NCBI RefSeq assembly: GCF_009914755.1
Contig: NC_060927.1
Reading direction: 5' to 3' (one strand)
Length of the DNA: 64,000 nt
Source: the human T2T-CHM13v2.0 reference genome, Homo sapiens
The translations under genes and the position numbers were made by a program. Below, piece after piece: positions 30,621 to 45,616 of the stretch; position 1 is the stretch's first letter, and each line of letters starts with the position of its first letter. The notes beneath the pieces are model-generated. The model was not told the DNA's origin. It saw only the letters and a list, made by a program, of their open reading frames with translations, and made no database searches.

Positions 30621-31018
30621 ATGTTTAGAAGTTTTTATAGTATAAGCCTGAACAATTCTTAACATTCCAAAAATTTAGCTATATTCCACAAGCAAAATAA
30701 ATGTGATACAAATGAATATGGATGTGGCAGGAGTAAAGAGTAGTCAAGTTTAGGGGCATGAGGTAGAAGATATGTATGGAGACAGTATTGTTATTTTCTT
30801 TAACAGGGAGAGGCTCACCAAAGATGAAGTTCATGTGACGCCAAGTAGAAGAGAAGAAAGAGGCCTTGAATAAAAGCAGAGGAGTTAAGATGCATATGAA
30901 AGATAATGAGCCCCTGGAGGTTTTTGAACAAAGAGATGAGAAAAGTAGTAATTGAAGACTTTTTAGCAAATCATACATGATAAAAAACAAAAATATATAA
31001 TCAAAATCAAACTCATAG

Positions 31019-31486
<468 letters not shown>

Positions 31487-32037
31487 TAAATTGTTGCTAA
31501 CTAAAACAAAGATTCCATAATTAGATGCTAGAGCAATTCTTCATGTAAGAAAAAACAGAAGTTTCCCAAGATGAAAGTTGGTGAGATGATCTTCAGATGA
31601 ATTTTCATCTCTAATATCCTATAATTTAATGCACGTTGGTTTTCAGCTTTTTTCTTTTTTTACCTCTTGCCTACAGAGTAGAAATCTGGGAACAAAGGCT
31701 CTCCATCATCTGGTGAATTGAAAAAAGCTTCATAAAAATAAGAAATTACAAGGTCCCTTTTAGACTTTCTTAATAAAGTGTCTAAACAATTCAATTAAAA
31801 ATGCAATGACAAAAATCAGAAAAGTACTCACCGTTACAATCACCAAAAGGAACCTAGAACTACTGAGAATTTTCTAAAGTCAGTAGAGTAAGGCCAATAA
31901 CACTACCTAAAATAACCACAAGAGGGTAGTATAAGACATTCTAAACTTCTACATCTCTTTTATACAGGAGAGCTCTGTGACTTGGCAACCACCCACTTAA
32001 AAAATGTTTTTTAAAAATACCTTGGTAATCATTTTAC

Positions 32038-32162
32038 CTTATCTTGCTCCACACCAGGCTCTCTGTACACAGTCCATTTCTGCCCATCATCACTGTACAG
32101 GATTCTGTAGGCAGACACATAGTAATTGTGCTCCACCATGGTGGATCCAGTGGTTATAATGC
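32038..32162 (-). CDS. DCBLD2: DCBLD2 exon 9 (F5/8 domain)
   Basis: cccAG / GTAAAA; [42 protein letters not shown]. Confidence 0.96.
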
Positions 32163-32769
32163 CTGGGGAATGAAGAGTTGCTTTCATTAATGCACATGGT
32201 CTGATTCCCTAAGTTTGTTCAGCATCAAAGTATAAACACTTGAAATGCACAGCTCGAACATTTCTAATTATGGCTCATTTCCATATCCAAGTGCACGTTT
32301 TTGTCATAACAATTACTAAATCCTTGGCCTTATTCCCTTGGAGAGAGAGGAAGGATTATGGGTGGGCATTAATTAAGTAAAGAACTATTCTGTTTTGGTG
32401 TCTTGTGTTTATAATGTCGTAAAATAGATTTTGACTACTGGGTAAGATGACTTCCTGGGAATGAACAGATTAAAGATGATTATTGGTATTATTTACAGTA
32501 CCAAAACAAAATAAATATTTTAACAAAATTAAACCAATCCCAACCAATTATTCCGACCATTTGCTAAGTTCCCCTAAATTAAATTTATACTCTCCACATG
32601 TGGAAAATTAATGATCTCATCATTTAAAATGGACTCCTTTAACATAAATTTCTCTTAATGACTGTAGGAGACCGTTATTTTAGATGTCTCAAGACCACTT
32701 TACTGAAACACTACCTTAAAAAAAGAGTCTCATTACAATGGAAACAAAAAGCTATTACGAATTAAATAC

Positions 32770-33283
32770 TGTGATGGTTAATACTGAGTGTCAACTTGAT
32801 TGAAGGATGAAAAGTATTGTTCCCAGGTGTGTCTGTGAGGGTGTTGCTAGAGGAGATTAACATTTGAGTCAGTGGACTAGGACACGCAGACCCACCCTCA
32901 ATCTGGGTCGGCACCATTTAATCTGCATCAGCACGGCCAGAATAAAAACAGGCAGAAGAAAATGTGAAAAGACTAAACTGGCTTAAGTCTCCCAGCCTAC
33001 ATCTTTCTCCCATGCTGGATGCTTCCTGCCCTTGAACATCAGACTCCAAGTTCTTAGCTTTGGGACTTCTGGACCTTTGACCATAGACTAAAAGCTGCAC
33101 TGTCGGCTTCCCTACTTTTGAGGTTTTGGGACTCGGAATGGCTTCCTTGCTCCTCAGCTTGCAGATGGCCTACTGTGGGACTTCACTTTGTGATCATGTG
33201 AGTCGATACACCTTAATAAACTCCCCTTTATATATACATCTGTCCTATCAGTTGTGTCCCTTTAGAGAACCCTGACCAACACA
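32770..33283 (+). mobile_element. ERVL solo LTR (MLT2A-like)
   Basis: TGTGATGGTTAATACTGAGTGTCAACTTG start, AGAGAACCCTGAC...CA end, near 5-bp TSD AATAC/AATAA. Confidence 0.9.
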
Positions 33284-33470
33284 AATAACTCCTTTTCTCT
33301 GCCATGTTTCATAAAATGTGTCTCTAGTAATATTAACATCAGTGAAGAAAATATAAAACCATATAATTACAATTTTAATGCCTTAATTTTCTCTGAAAAT
33401 CTTAGATGTTACTAGTTTTTCAAATAAAATAAGTGTTACAAATTGCTTTAGAAAATTTTTGTCTCTTAAC

Positions 33471-33686
33471 CTGTTATTTTCTTTTCCTTATTCAAATCTA
33501 TTTGTAACCACTGGTATTCATCAGTGGCAAAAGCAGCCCAAGGCGGTCCAGGTTTTTTCAGCCTGGCTTTTTTGGGTTTCCAACTGTTCTCTTGCCCTGT
33601 GTGGTCAGTCCACTCCAGCACAGATGATGCTGTTATTTGAGGATCCGCGATCACACCAGACTCCATCCCCAGTGTTCCATAACATC
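33471..33686 (-). CDS. DCBLD2: DCBLD2 exon 8 (F5/8 domain start)
   Basis: ttcAG / GTTAAG; [22 protein letters not shown]...[13 protein letters not shown]. Confidence 0.97.
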
Positions 33687-33929
33687 CTGAAACAAAGAAA
33701 AGACTAAATTTGGTTTCCAGGTATAATTTCAAAATGCATGTAGACCTGCTCACTGAAAACTTTCTATTCCATCTTTAATTAACATACACTACACTAATAA
33801 TACACTGTAACAGAGAAATTTCAAAACTAGGCAAGTGTTTCTTGGGCATATGTCTTTGTGTATCATTAGGAAACCTACAAACATGCTCATTTATAAGCAT
33901 GACTGTTAGTTTAATGGAGATACATTATC

Positions 33930-34270
33930 TTCTCCCTGGGACACTCTTCCCAAATAACTGAGTAACTCACTCCTTTACCTCCTTCAGGTTTTTGGCCTAT
34001 GTTGCATTCTCCCTGAGGTCTTCCCTGGGAGGAAGGCCCTTCCCAACTTCAATCCAGTCCTCCTTATTTTCCTACATCTTTTATCATATTGTAAACAGTA
34101 CATTATAAACAGAAATTTATTCATTGCTTATCATCAATCTCTCACTACTAGAATGTAAGCTCCAGGAAGGCAGGAGTTTGTTCACTTTACTCTATCACTC
34201 GAACCAGAGCAATGCCTGGCACATAAAGAGAAGGCACTCAGTAAGTATTTTCTGTTGAACGAATTGATTA
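33930..34270 (+). mobile_element. LINE-2 3' end
   Basis: CTAGAATGTAAGCTCCAGGAAGGCAGG...TGCCTGGCACAT...CACTCAGTAAGTATTT. Confidence 0.75.
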
Positions 34271-34516
34271 CTTCTTCAGACAAGTTCAAAAGTCATCTTT
34301 CTTAAGGAACCTTCCTTGCTTACATGACCATTTCTCTATAAATATAAAACTTTCAATTTGCTCTATTCATTATATTATTAGATAACTATCTTACCTCATA
34401 GTGTTATTAAGACAACTACGTGAGAAAGTACAATAAATCAGCAACTGACACAGTGCCTAACAGTGTTCAAAAAATATTATATAAATAAAAAATTATAAAG
34501 TCCATAAAAGGCTTAC

Positions 34517-34557
34517 CACTTGTCTTAAATGTAAAAAGACTTGTAGATAAGTGTCCC
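34517..34557 (-). CDS. DCBLD2: DCBLD2 exon 7 (LCCL end)
   Basis: ttcAG / GTAAGC; GHLSTSLFTFKTS; 41 nt, restores frame between exons 6 and 8. Confidence 0.93.
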
Positions 34558-35291
34558 CTGAAAGAGAGAAGGGTTTTTTTTGGTGATACTCACATAACAC
34601 ATGATGCCCCATATTTAGTGAAACATTTTCTTTTGATTTGGTTCCCCCCACCCAATAAAAGAACCAAGAAGACTGTGTGGCTAAAAATTAGACAACTAAT
34701 ATTGTTCCTAGGAAAAAAGTCTCATTTCTAAGCAGGACAACTTCTGAAATCAGCATAAACAGCTTTCTCTACAAGTATCTAGCACCCAGTTTCATATGTG
34801 ATTGTGCAAAAGTTCTCTATGTAATCTTTAATATGTACTTCTTTTTCATATGTATTTACTCATTGTTTACTGTCAATCTCTCACTACTTTATTTCATGAA
34901 ATAAATGGATTCTTAACACTTTTCTGTGGCAAATGCTTTCGATGAAAATACACTAAAAGGTCTAATTCTCAGAGAATGAGGCTCAAGTTTTTTCGGATAA
35001 ACATGAGAAAAGTTGGGTACTAATAGATTTATTTTTCTTTTTTTTTTTTTTTAGGAGAAATCAACATCTCATGGAAGAAGTTTCAGTGTACACTCCTGCC
35101 TTTAGTCCAACATACAAACCATTACAAGAGGATGCAATTTATCCCTGTTTTCTTTTTTAAAGTATGAAAGAGAGAATTCACAAACACTAAATCTTTCTAA
35201 AGGTATAACATGGTAAAGGAATGAAAGGGTCTGCATAAAATAATCTAGAAAAAAAAAAAAAAAAAAGAAGGGAAGGTAGTTGAATCTATAC

Positions 35292-35460
35292 CAGGGATGG
35301 GCAAATGACTGCCCATGCATGGCCTGTTTTGTATGGGCCGTGAGTTAAGAATAAAGAGCTATAAATAAAACAAAAAAAGAATAAGCTGCAGCGACATGTG
35401 GCCTGTAAAGCCTAAAATATTTATTAGCTGGATCTTTACAGAACAAATCTGCTGAATCCT
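35292..35460. mobile_element. MER58-like hAT DNA transposon remnant
   Basis: CAGGGATGGGCAAA / TCTGCTGAATCCTG degenerate TIRs; internal AAAGCCTAAAATATTTA motif. Confidence 0.75.
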
Positions 35461-36032
35461 GTTGTATACCAATCTGGATATGGATGATGCTTGTGTCTTC
35501 TGAATGAAAATTGGCCTAGGACCTCTGAAGAAAAGCTGGTTTCAATTAGGCTTAGTGTTGTCTGAAAGACTGAGCAGATCTAAGAGACAAGATTTATAAA
35601 AACAGATTGCTAACACTGCATTTCTATTTAATGTTTCAATTTCTCTTGCTTTTGATGCCTACCCTACGTTTTATAAAACAGTAGAACACTATAGTTACCA
35701 TGAAAATACATCTTCAAAATATTCTCTTAGAATGAAAGGAAGATTCACAATAATGCTTATGATGTAACACTTTATGTCAAACTTAAATTTATATTTAAAG
35801 TATTTCAATTATCTTGAATCCCCATGTGCTATAAGGAACACAGTAGTTAAGCCTTTCAATCTGTAAAATAAATAAGGATTTGGCAACAAACTTCTAGACT
35901 CTTATGTAGACTTTTTTTTAACACTTAGAAAAGACAGAAGAAACACATTACTCTTCCAAATGACTACATTTTTGAAGAACAATAAGCTAAAGTAGTACAA
36001 CACCACCTGTACTCTTCAAAATATGCAGACAC

Positions 36033-36370
<338 letters not shown>

Positions 36371-36495
36371 CTAAATGTTCTTTCATGAACACCATTAACA
36401 GTGATACTGCTGAGATCTAGCTAGTTCTTAGCCCAATGCTACCCAGAATGCTAATTATATATAGCATATATTTTTTAAATTGCATATATACTTAC

Positions 36496-36629
36496 ACCAC
36501 AGATGTGACGTTGTTAGCCAAAGAACTTTCATAATAGGGGATACCTTTACTAATTACAACACTGATTTGGCCGCCCAACGTGTTTGACACTACTCCTGCA
36601 TGCACACCAGCCATGCACAATGGCGAGGA
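36496..36629 (-). CDS. DCBLD2: DCBLD2 exon 6 (LCCL)
   Basis: ttaAG / GTAAGT; [44 protein letters not shown]. Confidence 0.96.
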
Positions 36630-36936
36630 CTTAAGGAAGGGAAAAGAAAAGATTCATTTTTAATTTTCTCTTAATAATTCATAAACAAGACACTCTACTT
36701 CCTGAGAAATCAGTTAATCTAGGCAGTTTCTTCATAAACTTCATAAACAAAAATAGATTATTGGTACTGTAACACAACAGTTTTAGCAGAAGAAAAAGAA
36801 TAAAACACATATGATTAAAAAATGTCTTAAAAAGGCAAAAGATAAGGATATATGATTAACACACCTCTAACTACTCTGGAGTTCTAAAAAAATAGAGTTA
36901 TATCACAATTTTCAAATAAGTTTATATCTGGCTTAC

Positions 36937-37009
36937 ATCTCTATATCCATGAGGAATTGTTCCAGATATCTCAGCAAAAGGAAGCAGACAACCAGCTGGG
37001 CAGTACTTA
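36937..37009 (-). CDS. DCBLD2: DCBLD2 exon 5 (LCCL)
   Basis: ctcAG / GTAAGC; [24 protein letters not shown]. Confidence 0.95.
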
Positions 37010-37020
37010 CTGAGAAATGA

Positions 37021-37516
<496 letters not shown>

Positions 37517-37699
37517 TGAAACATTTTTTTGTCTTATTACATACTGCCTTGATTATTTTATTTCATAATGAATGGTAGACATGTTTCTACTATAAAACCT
37601 ACTCATCAAATTTAAGAGCTAAATGATATTCTATTCTGTGGATATGCCATAATACATTTTACCAACCCTCTATTGATCCAATTTAAGCTGTATTAAAAG

Positions 37700-39180
37700 A
37701 GGTGCATTCATTCACGCTGCTACCCATCCACCCAACACATTTATTTGAGTGTCTATTATGCTGTCTGTTGAGTGTAGGGCAGTACTAGGTACTGGGTTTA
37801 CAAAAGTCAAACAGACAAATATTGCCCCTGTCCTCACTGAGTTTATATTCCAGTGGTAGAAGACATTAAACCAATACTTACACAAATAATTGATTTTGAT
37901 TCTGCTATGAAGAAAAGTCATGCTGAAATAACCGCAAGAAATCTAACTTAATACAAGTAACACAGTAATTCAGTAAACTTAATGAATTGCCAGGTAGCAC
38001 CCTAAGTGCTTTAGGTAATCCATATAAGAACTCTATGGAGGAGATGCTAGTGTTGTCCTCATTTTAGGAAACAGGGAAATTAAGGAACTGTATGCCCATT
38101 CACACAGTTAGCAGGTAGCAAATGGGCTCTGGAGTCCATGCTCTTATGCAGGACTCTGTACCGCCCCCAGTCAGGGAATGGGGGTGGCAGGATGGGGCTC
38201 TTAGGAAGTGAAGCCTCAGCAGTGAGCTAAGGGGTGTCACTAGAACAAGTGGTGGGAAATGCACATTAGTCAGAGGGATGAGCACAGCATGAGGCAGGAT
38301 GGCCTAGTGTGTGTCCGGAAGTGGGGACGGCAGTGCAAGTAGGTGCCAGAGAGCAAAACTAAGGTTAGTTAGAGAGAAGACTGGACAGACGGGCAGGTAA
38401 TGCAGGAGCCTTGTGGGCTATGGTGAAGAGTATGGAATATATTTCTAAGTAAAAATAGGAAGCCAGTAAAGGATTTTGGCAGCTTACATACATAATCTGA
38501 TTAGTATTTTTAAAAAAGATTATTCTGGCTCCTGGGAAGAAAAGAGATAGCAAGGAATCATGAGTGGAGGCTGGGACACCATTAGGCGATAGTACAGCAG
38601 CCCCGGACAGGGATAATGGGAGCTTGGATTTGTTGTGGCAGATCATGGAGCTGGAGAGTGGCGCGAGCGCAGCTGACCCTCTGCCAGGGCTGTCTACCAT
38701 ACACTGATGCTAGGGTTACCCCAGCTAACTTCCCCCTCAAATGCTGAAGAGGGCACCCTTCCCACACAGAACCATTCTTGAAGACAAAATTAAGGTTCTT
38801 GGGGGGAAGTGGTAGTAAGTTCGGAAAAGTTAGTAAGATGGCTCTTGAAAGATGAGAATGATCTGCCAAGCAGAGGAGGCAAGTGGTTCCTGGTAAAAGC
38901 TCTGTGAGCTCAGAGCACTGTAAATAACTCAAGAGTCATTTCAATATGGAGAACATAAGATGAGACTGGAAAAATGGCCTGAGGACTGCTTGTGAAAGAA
39001 CGAGAAGACCAGGTTAAGGAAATCTGGACAACTGTTTTTTATCATAATAAGTAGTTTCTCAAGATTTTTATGCAGGGAAATGATCAGATATGTATTTTGG
39101 AAACAACTTGGCAGCAGTGTGAATGGCAGCCAGCAAACAGAAATAGGAACTCGATTAGAAGTTGTCTAGGCAAGAGACAA
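37700..39180 (-). mobile_element. LINE-2 fragments with an embedded MIR
   Basis: CATTCATTCA/CATTTATTTGAG L2 tail and downstream L2 motifs; approximate limits. Confidence 0.65.
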
Positions 39181-39587
39181 AGGCATAAAGAAGAGAAATA
39201 GTAGAAATGGTACTTGAGTAACAACACTGCAGAATTCTATAACAGCCAAAACCATGCTCTTTCAATTTTTTGAAAAAAGATAAATACCTTTTCAACTTTT
39301 ACTAGGAGTTTTGCTAGATTTTGAAAAGCAACTAGTTCTACTTTCAAAGCATATTAAAATGATACTTTCATTTTGCAGATCTAAATGCTACAATAAAAGC
39401 AAAATGTAAACATGCAACTAAATGGCTTTATGCTTTAAGTAAGCTCTAATTTATTGAAGTCTCGGAACAATGATATGTATCACACAATATACATTAACCC
39501 TAAGAGTATACAGAATGAAAATGAAGAAGTGAATGAAAAGTAACATTTAAGCAAAAAAAAAAAAAAAAGTCACAAATATAATCATAC

Positions 39588-39639
39588 CTGAACTCAGGTT
39601 CCAAAAAATTGGATGCAGTGTCCAAACAAGTAATTAGAT
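39588..39639 (-). CDS. DCBLD2: DCBLD2 exon 4 (LCCL start)
   Basis: tctAG / GTATGA; DLITCLDTASNFLEPEFS. Confidence 0.94.
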
Positions 39640-39912
39640 CTAGAAAAACAAAAATAAAAAACTGATTCCATTAATATACAGGATTACCTTGCTGAAACTC
39701 CAAGTGTCTCAGAATCCCAAACTGTACTACTCTAATTTTCAAAAATCTCAATGGCACTGTCAAAGTGGTACTAAAAACTTTACCAACTTTTGTTAATCAC
39801 AATTTCTTTCTGATATTAAGTTTCTTGATTTTTGGAGCAATGTCCCCTCAATACTGTTTACTACATCACCTCAGGAAGTCACATACCATATACACACATA
39901 TATGTATATGTG

Positions 39913-39916
<4 letters not shown>

Positions 39917-39944
<28 letters not shown>
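39917..39944. repeat. (TA)n microsatellite
   Basis: Perfect TA run. Confidence 0.95.
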
Positions 39945-39948
<4 letters not shown>

Positions 39949-40129
39949 GAACATGCATAGATAAGTAAAATTTATAGCTTTAAAGTGGTTTCTGTAAAAT
40001 ACAGCTACCCACACACAGAAATATTTCTTGGTTATTATATAACTAAAAATGACCCTTTGCTGTTTGCACATAAGGAAAATAATGACAAAGAGAGTTAATT
40101 TTATGGCTCTAACTATTAATAACTGCTAA

Positions 40130-40310
40130 TTAAAATCTGGTCCAGAGACAGGACTGGTGCATCAGCACCTTCTGGAAATTTAGTAGAAATTCAAATTCTT
40201 GAACTCCATCCAGACTTACAGAATCTCTGGCGGTGGTGCCCAAAAATCTGTTTTAACAAGTCCTCTCAGTAATTTCTTAAGCACACGGAAGCTGCAGTAG
40301 CATTGCTCTA
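40130..40310. mobile_element. MER5A-like DNA transposon remnant
   Basis: GCATCAGCACC...TAGAAATTCAAATTCTTG...CTGTTTTAACAAGTCCTC motifs. Confidence 0.65.
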
Positions 40311-42149
40311 AAGAAATAAAACTTCTAAAATTTAACATTTTCTGCCTAGAAACCAATACAGCTGAGCAAGAACTAATCTGCCTCTAATTAAGACCAAGTT
40401 CATAGGCTATGTAAAAAGTGGCTTTGGTTAAAAAAAAAAGCAAAAAAAACAAAACAAAACACACCATTTCAGTGGCTTCCTTCTCTTAGGTTAGACAGCA
40501 AAGCCTTCAACACAGCCTACAGAGTCTTGAAGTGCTGGCCTTGTCTTACTCTGCAGTCTTGTGTGTACCTGCCTTGGCTTCTCGCCGCTCCAGTCTTGTT
40601 TTGGTCCCCTGGCACAAGCTGCTCTCTCGACTTGTAAGGCTTTCCCACTACTACTTAGCTTAGCTGATTCCTCTCTAAGAGCTCAGCTTCACTGCCACTT
40701 CCTCACAGAAGCTGTCCCTCAGCTTCACAAGTCAAATTCCTTTAGCACACAGTAGGCACTTAAGTTTTGTTTGTTTTAATAAACAGATGACTATTCTGTG
40801 TTGTCAAACGTAATGTGTTATGTTAATATGTAAGCCTGACTTGTTGGTGTAATTATAGAGTTATAAGCAAAATCACTCTATAAAGCCTAGTCCCCGGACA
40901 GAGCCTGAGGCTGTTTGTCCTCACCTTTGTATTTCCAGTAGCAATAACAGCATATGGTATACAGGAGACTTATTTATTGAATCAATGGATGAATAAAAGT
41001 TTCTGATCATTAGCATGTTTGGCTAAGTCCAGTTATTTACTAACCTGCAGGGAAGAAAACCTGGAAGAAGACCCCAAGGCAATCACAAAAGTAAGTGATT
41101 TTACATATAAACGCTTGATTAAAGAACTGTGTCAAGGGTAGCCAATATACCCTTGATGGAGATAGCTCCTAGCACACTGAACAGTATATAAATATTTGTT
41201 AAATTAATGGTTACCACAGCAAGCATATGATAATCGATCATTTTATTCCATAATTCTGAAGAAATTTTGTGTTTACTATTCAACTAAAATGTGTCTTGAA
41301 CTAGAGCTTAATAACTGTGTTGTACCAGTAAGAAAGGGGTATTTTCAAGGCAAGTGTATAAATTAATAGTTATAAACCACAGGCATTTGAATGACAGTTA
41401 AGCTAAATCTGTGCTTTAGGAATTTAATAGGATAGATGCCTAAATAGGGGCTCACTACCACCCAGTTGACCAACCAGAAGAGCAGGCAAATTGAATTACC
41501 AGTTCTCTAGTTATTCCTGTCAATCTTTGCCCAGCATCAACAAGAATCAATTTTCCACTTTCTGCTCCACCAAAAAAATTTCCGACTTCTAAGATTAGAA
41601 GTTGAATTTCTAAGATTAATAGCCTGGGATGAAAGGTACTGTGTGGTCCAATATGGCACTTAAACCACAAGAAGACTGCCAGCTGGCCCCATTATCTTCC
41701 AGCCACATGCCAGAAATCTGGTCAACTATGGATTATTTGATCAGAACAGGGCTTTGGTTGTAAGTGCATGCAGTGCTGAGACTCCAAAACTATGCCATGC
41801 AAATGTGCAACTCACTAAAGTTGCTCTCAAATTCCATGGAAGTTCAAAGAGCTCTCAAGGAGAAAAATAAGAATTCAAAATGGACAGCTACAAGGAGAGC
41901 CAAGAAGACTGAAGATAAAGAAAGCCTTAAGTACACACTTTGACCTTTACAACTCTACAAAGAAAACAACATCAAATAAAGCAGGCAATTAAGAAGCTTT
42001 AAAATGTCTTTCTTAAAAGCTTTTCCCAAGTAAACAGCCTTCCAGAAAATTGTCATTACTACAATGCTCCCAGCTAATAAGAACACAGCCTAGCTCCAGA
42101 AAAATCCATCTGCCCCAGAGATTTCTGATAGCAATGTATAAGTCATCAT

Positions 42150-43407
42150 AATCAAAGGAACAGAATTGAAAATCTAGAAATAAACCCTCAAATTTATAGT
42201 CAACTGAGTTTCAGCAAGGGTGCCTAGACAATTCAATGGGGGGAAGAATTATCTTTTAGACAAATGATGCTGAGACAACTGGATATCCACCAAACAAACA
42301 AATGAATTGGACCCGTACCTCACACTACATACAAAATAAAGTGGATCTAAACTCAAGAGCTGAAACTATAAAACTTTTAGAAAAAAATATATGAGAATAT
42401 CACAACTCTGGATTAAGCAGTGATTTCTTAGATAAAACACCAAAAGCACAAGAAAACAAATAAAAATAAATGGAAGTTCATCAAGATTAAAAACTTTTGT
42501 ACTTCACAGGACACCATTAAGAAAGAGAAAGATGGCACACAGAATGGGAGAAAACATTCACAAATGATATATCAATGAAAACAGATGTATCTAATATCCA
42601 GAATAAAGAATATTATTATGTGGCATTAAAAAGACAAAGGAACCAATTTAAAAACAGACAATGGATATGAACAGACATTTCTCCAAAGAAGATATACAAA
42701 TGGCCAACAGGCACATAAAAAGATGCTCAGCATCATTAGCCATCAGGGAAATGCAAATTAAAATCACAGTGAGACACCACCATACACTCACTAGGATGGC
42801 GAAAATAAAAAAGACATAACAAGCACTGGCAAAAATGTGGAGAAACTGGAGTCTTTATGCAGTACTAGTAAAATTGTAAAATGGTGCAACTGTTTTGGAA
42901 AATGGTTTGGCAGTTCCTTAAAATATTAAACAAAGAGTTAGCATATGACCCAGAAATCTCACTCCTAGGTATATGCCCAAGAGAATTAAAAACCTATGTC
43001 CCCACCAACATTTGTACACAAAAGTTCATCAACTGATGAATGGATAGATAAACAAAATGGGGTGTATATACATACAATGGAATATTATTTGGCCATAAAA
43101 AGAAATGAAGTACTGATTCATGCTACAACATTGATAAACTTTGAAAATATGCTAAGTGAAAGAAGCTAGTCACAAAAGACCACATACTATGTGATACATT
43201 TATATGAAATGTTTCGAATAGGCAAATCTATAGCAATAAAAAGTAGATTCGTGGTTTCCTAGGATTGTAGGGGGTTAAGAGGAGAGAAATGGGGAATAAC
43301 TGCTACTAACTAAGGAATTTCCTTTGGGGTGATAAATATGTTCTAAAATTGACTATGGTGATAACTGTACAACTCTAAATACACTGAAAAATCAATGAAT
43401 TGTATAT
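42150..43407 (+). mobile_element. L1MB-like ORF2 end/3'UTR, interrupted; resumes at 53731-53800
   Basis: L1 ORF2 C-terminal and L1MB 3'UTR motifs; sequence continues after the duplicated TGAATTGTATAT. Confidence 0.85.
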
Positions 43408-45335
43408 ACAGATATTTTATTATTTAATTTCAACTTTTATTTTAGATACGGGGTACATGTGTAGGTTTGTTACATAGGTATACTGCATGGTGCTGAGGTT
43501 TGGGGTACAGACCCCACCACCAAGAGAGTGAACATAGTATCCAACAGGTAGTTTTCCTTTTAACTTTATTTTAGGTTCAAGGGTATATGCGCAGGATTGT
43601 TATATAGGTAAACTTGTGTCATGGGGGTTTGCTGTATCTTTTGTCATCTAGGTACTAAGCCTAGTTAGCATCCCACAGTTATTGTTTCTGTTCCTCTCCC
43701 TCCTCCCACCCTCCAGTAGGCCTCAGTGTCAATTGTTCCCCTTTATGTGTCCATGTGCTACATTTAACTGCCACTTAAAAGTAAGAACATGTGGTATTTG
43801 GTTTTCTCTTCCTGTGAGGTTAATGGCCTCCAGTTCCATCCATGTCCCTGCAAAGGGCATAATCTCATTCTTTTTTATGACTGCATAGTATTCCATAGTG
43901 TATATGTACCACATTTTCTTTATCCAGTCTACCATTAATGGACATTTAGGTTGACTCCATGTCTTTGCTATTGTAAATACTGCTGCAATGAACAATATGA
44001 GTGCAATTTATATTCCTCTGGGTATATACCCAGTAATGGGGTTACTAGGTCAAATGGTGGCCCTGCTTTTAGCACTCTGAGCAATCACCACTGGTTTCCA
44101 CAATGGTTGAACTTACACTCCCACCAACAGCGTTTAAGTGTTCCCTTTTCTCCATAACCTCATTAGCATGTTATTTTTTTACTTTTTAATAATAGCCATT
44201 CTGACTGGTATGAGATGGTATCTCATTATGGTTTTGATTTGTATTTCTCTAAAGATCGATGATATTGAGCTTTTTTTCTTATGCTTATTGGCCACATATG
44301 TGTCTTCTTTGGAAAAGTGTCTGCTCATGTTCTTTACCTGCTTTTTAATGTTTCTTTTTTCTTGTAAACTTGTTTAAGTTCCTTATCGATGTTGGATATC
44401 AGACCTTTGCCAGATCCACACTTTGCAAATATTTTCTCCCCATTCTGTAGGTTGTCTGTTTACTCTGTTGATAGTTTCTTTTGCTGTACAGAAGCTCTTA
44501 ATTTTAATTAGATCCTATTTGTCAATGTTTGCTTTTGCTGTGATTGTTTTTGGTGTCTTCATCATGAAATCTTTGACAGTTCCTATGACAGAATGCTATT
44601 GCCTACATTGTCTTCCAGGGTTTTTATAGTTTTGAGATTTACATTTAAGTGTTTAATCTATCTTGAGTTGATTTTTGGATATGATATAAGGAAGGGGTCC
44701 AGCTTCAATCTTCTGCATATGGCTAGCCAGTTATCCCAGCACCATTTATTAAATAGGCAGTCCTTTCTACATTGTTTATTTTTGTTAGCTTTGTCGAAGA
44801 TCAGGTGGTTGCAGATATGTGGCCTTATTTCTGTGCTCTCTATTCTGTTCTATTGGTCTACGCACCTATTTCTGTACCAGTACCATGCTGTTTTGGTTAC
44901 TGTAGCCCTGCAGTACAGTTTGAAGTCAGGTAATATGACTCCTGCAGCTTTTTTCTTTTTGTTTAAGATTGCCTTGGCTATTTGGGCTCCTTTTTGTTTC
45001 CATATGAATTCTAAAGTAGTTTTTTCTAGTTCTGTGAAGAATGTCATTGGAAGTTTGATAACAATTTCATTGAATCTGTAAATCACTTTGGACAGAATGG
45101 CCATTTTTATGATAATGACTCCTCCAATTCATGAGCATGGCATGTTTTTCCATTTGTTTGTGTCATCTCTGATTTCTTTGAGCTGTGTTTTGTAATTCCT
45201 GTTGTAGAGATCATTCACCTCCCCAGTTAGCTGCATTCCTAGGTATTTTATTCTTTTTGTGGCAATTGTGAATGGGATTGTGTTCTTGATTAGGCTCTTG
45301 GCTTGACTGTTTTTGGTGTACAGAAATGCTAGTAA

Positions 45336-45616
45336 TTTTTTTTTTTTTTTGAGATGGAGTCTTGCTCTGTTGCCCAGGCTGGAGTGCAGTGCAGTGGTGT
45401 GATCTTGGCTCACTGCAACCTCCGCCTCCCGGGTAGCTGGGATTACAGGCACATGCCACCATGCTGAGCTAATTTTTTTTTTTTTTTTGGTATTTTTAGT
45501 AGAGACGAGGTTTCATCATGTCAGCCAGGCTCATTACCAACTCCTGACCTCAAGTGATCCACCCACCTTGGCCTCCAAAGTGCTGGGATTTCAGGCATGA
45601 GCTACCGCTCTTGGCC
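45336..45616 (-). mobile_element. Alu within L1 ORF2, no TSD
   Basis: Reverse Alu with an internal deletion; its flanks are non-adjacent L1 positions. Confidence 0.92.

Noticed and set aside
41585-41620. 8-bp-arm hairpin with a local direct repeat
   Set aside because: Short and AT-rich; expected by chance or slippage.
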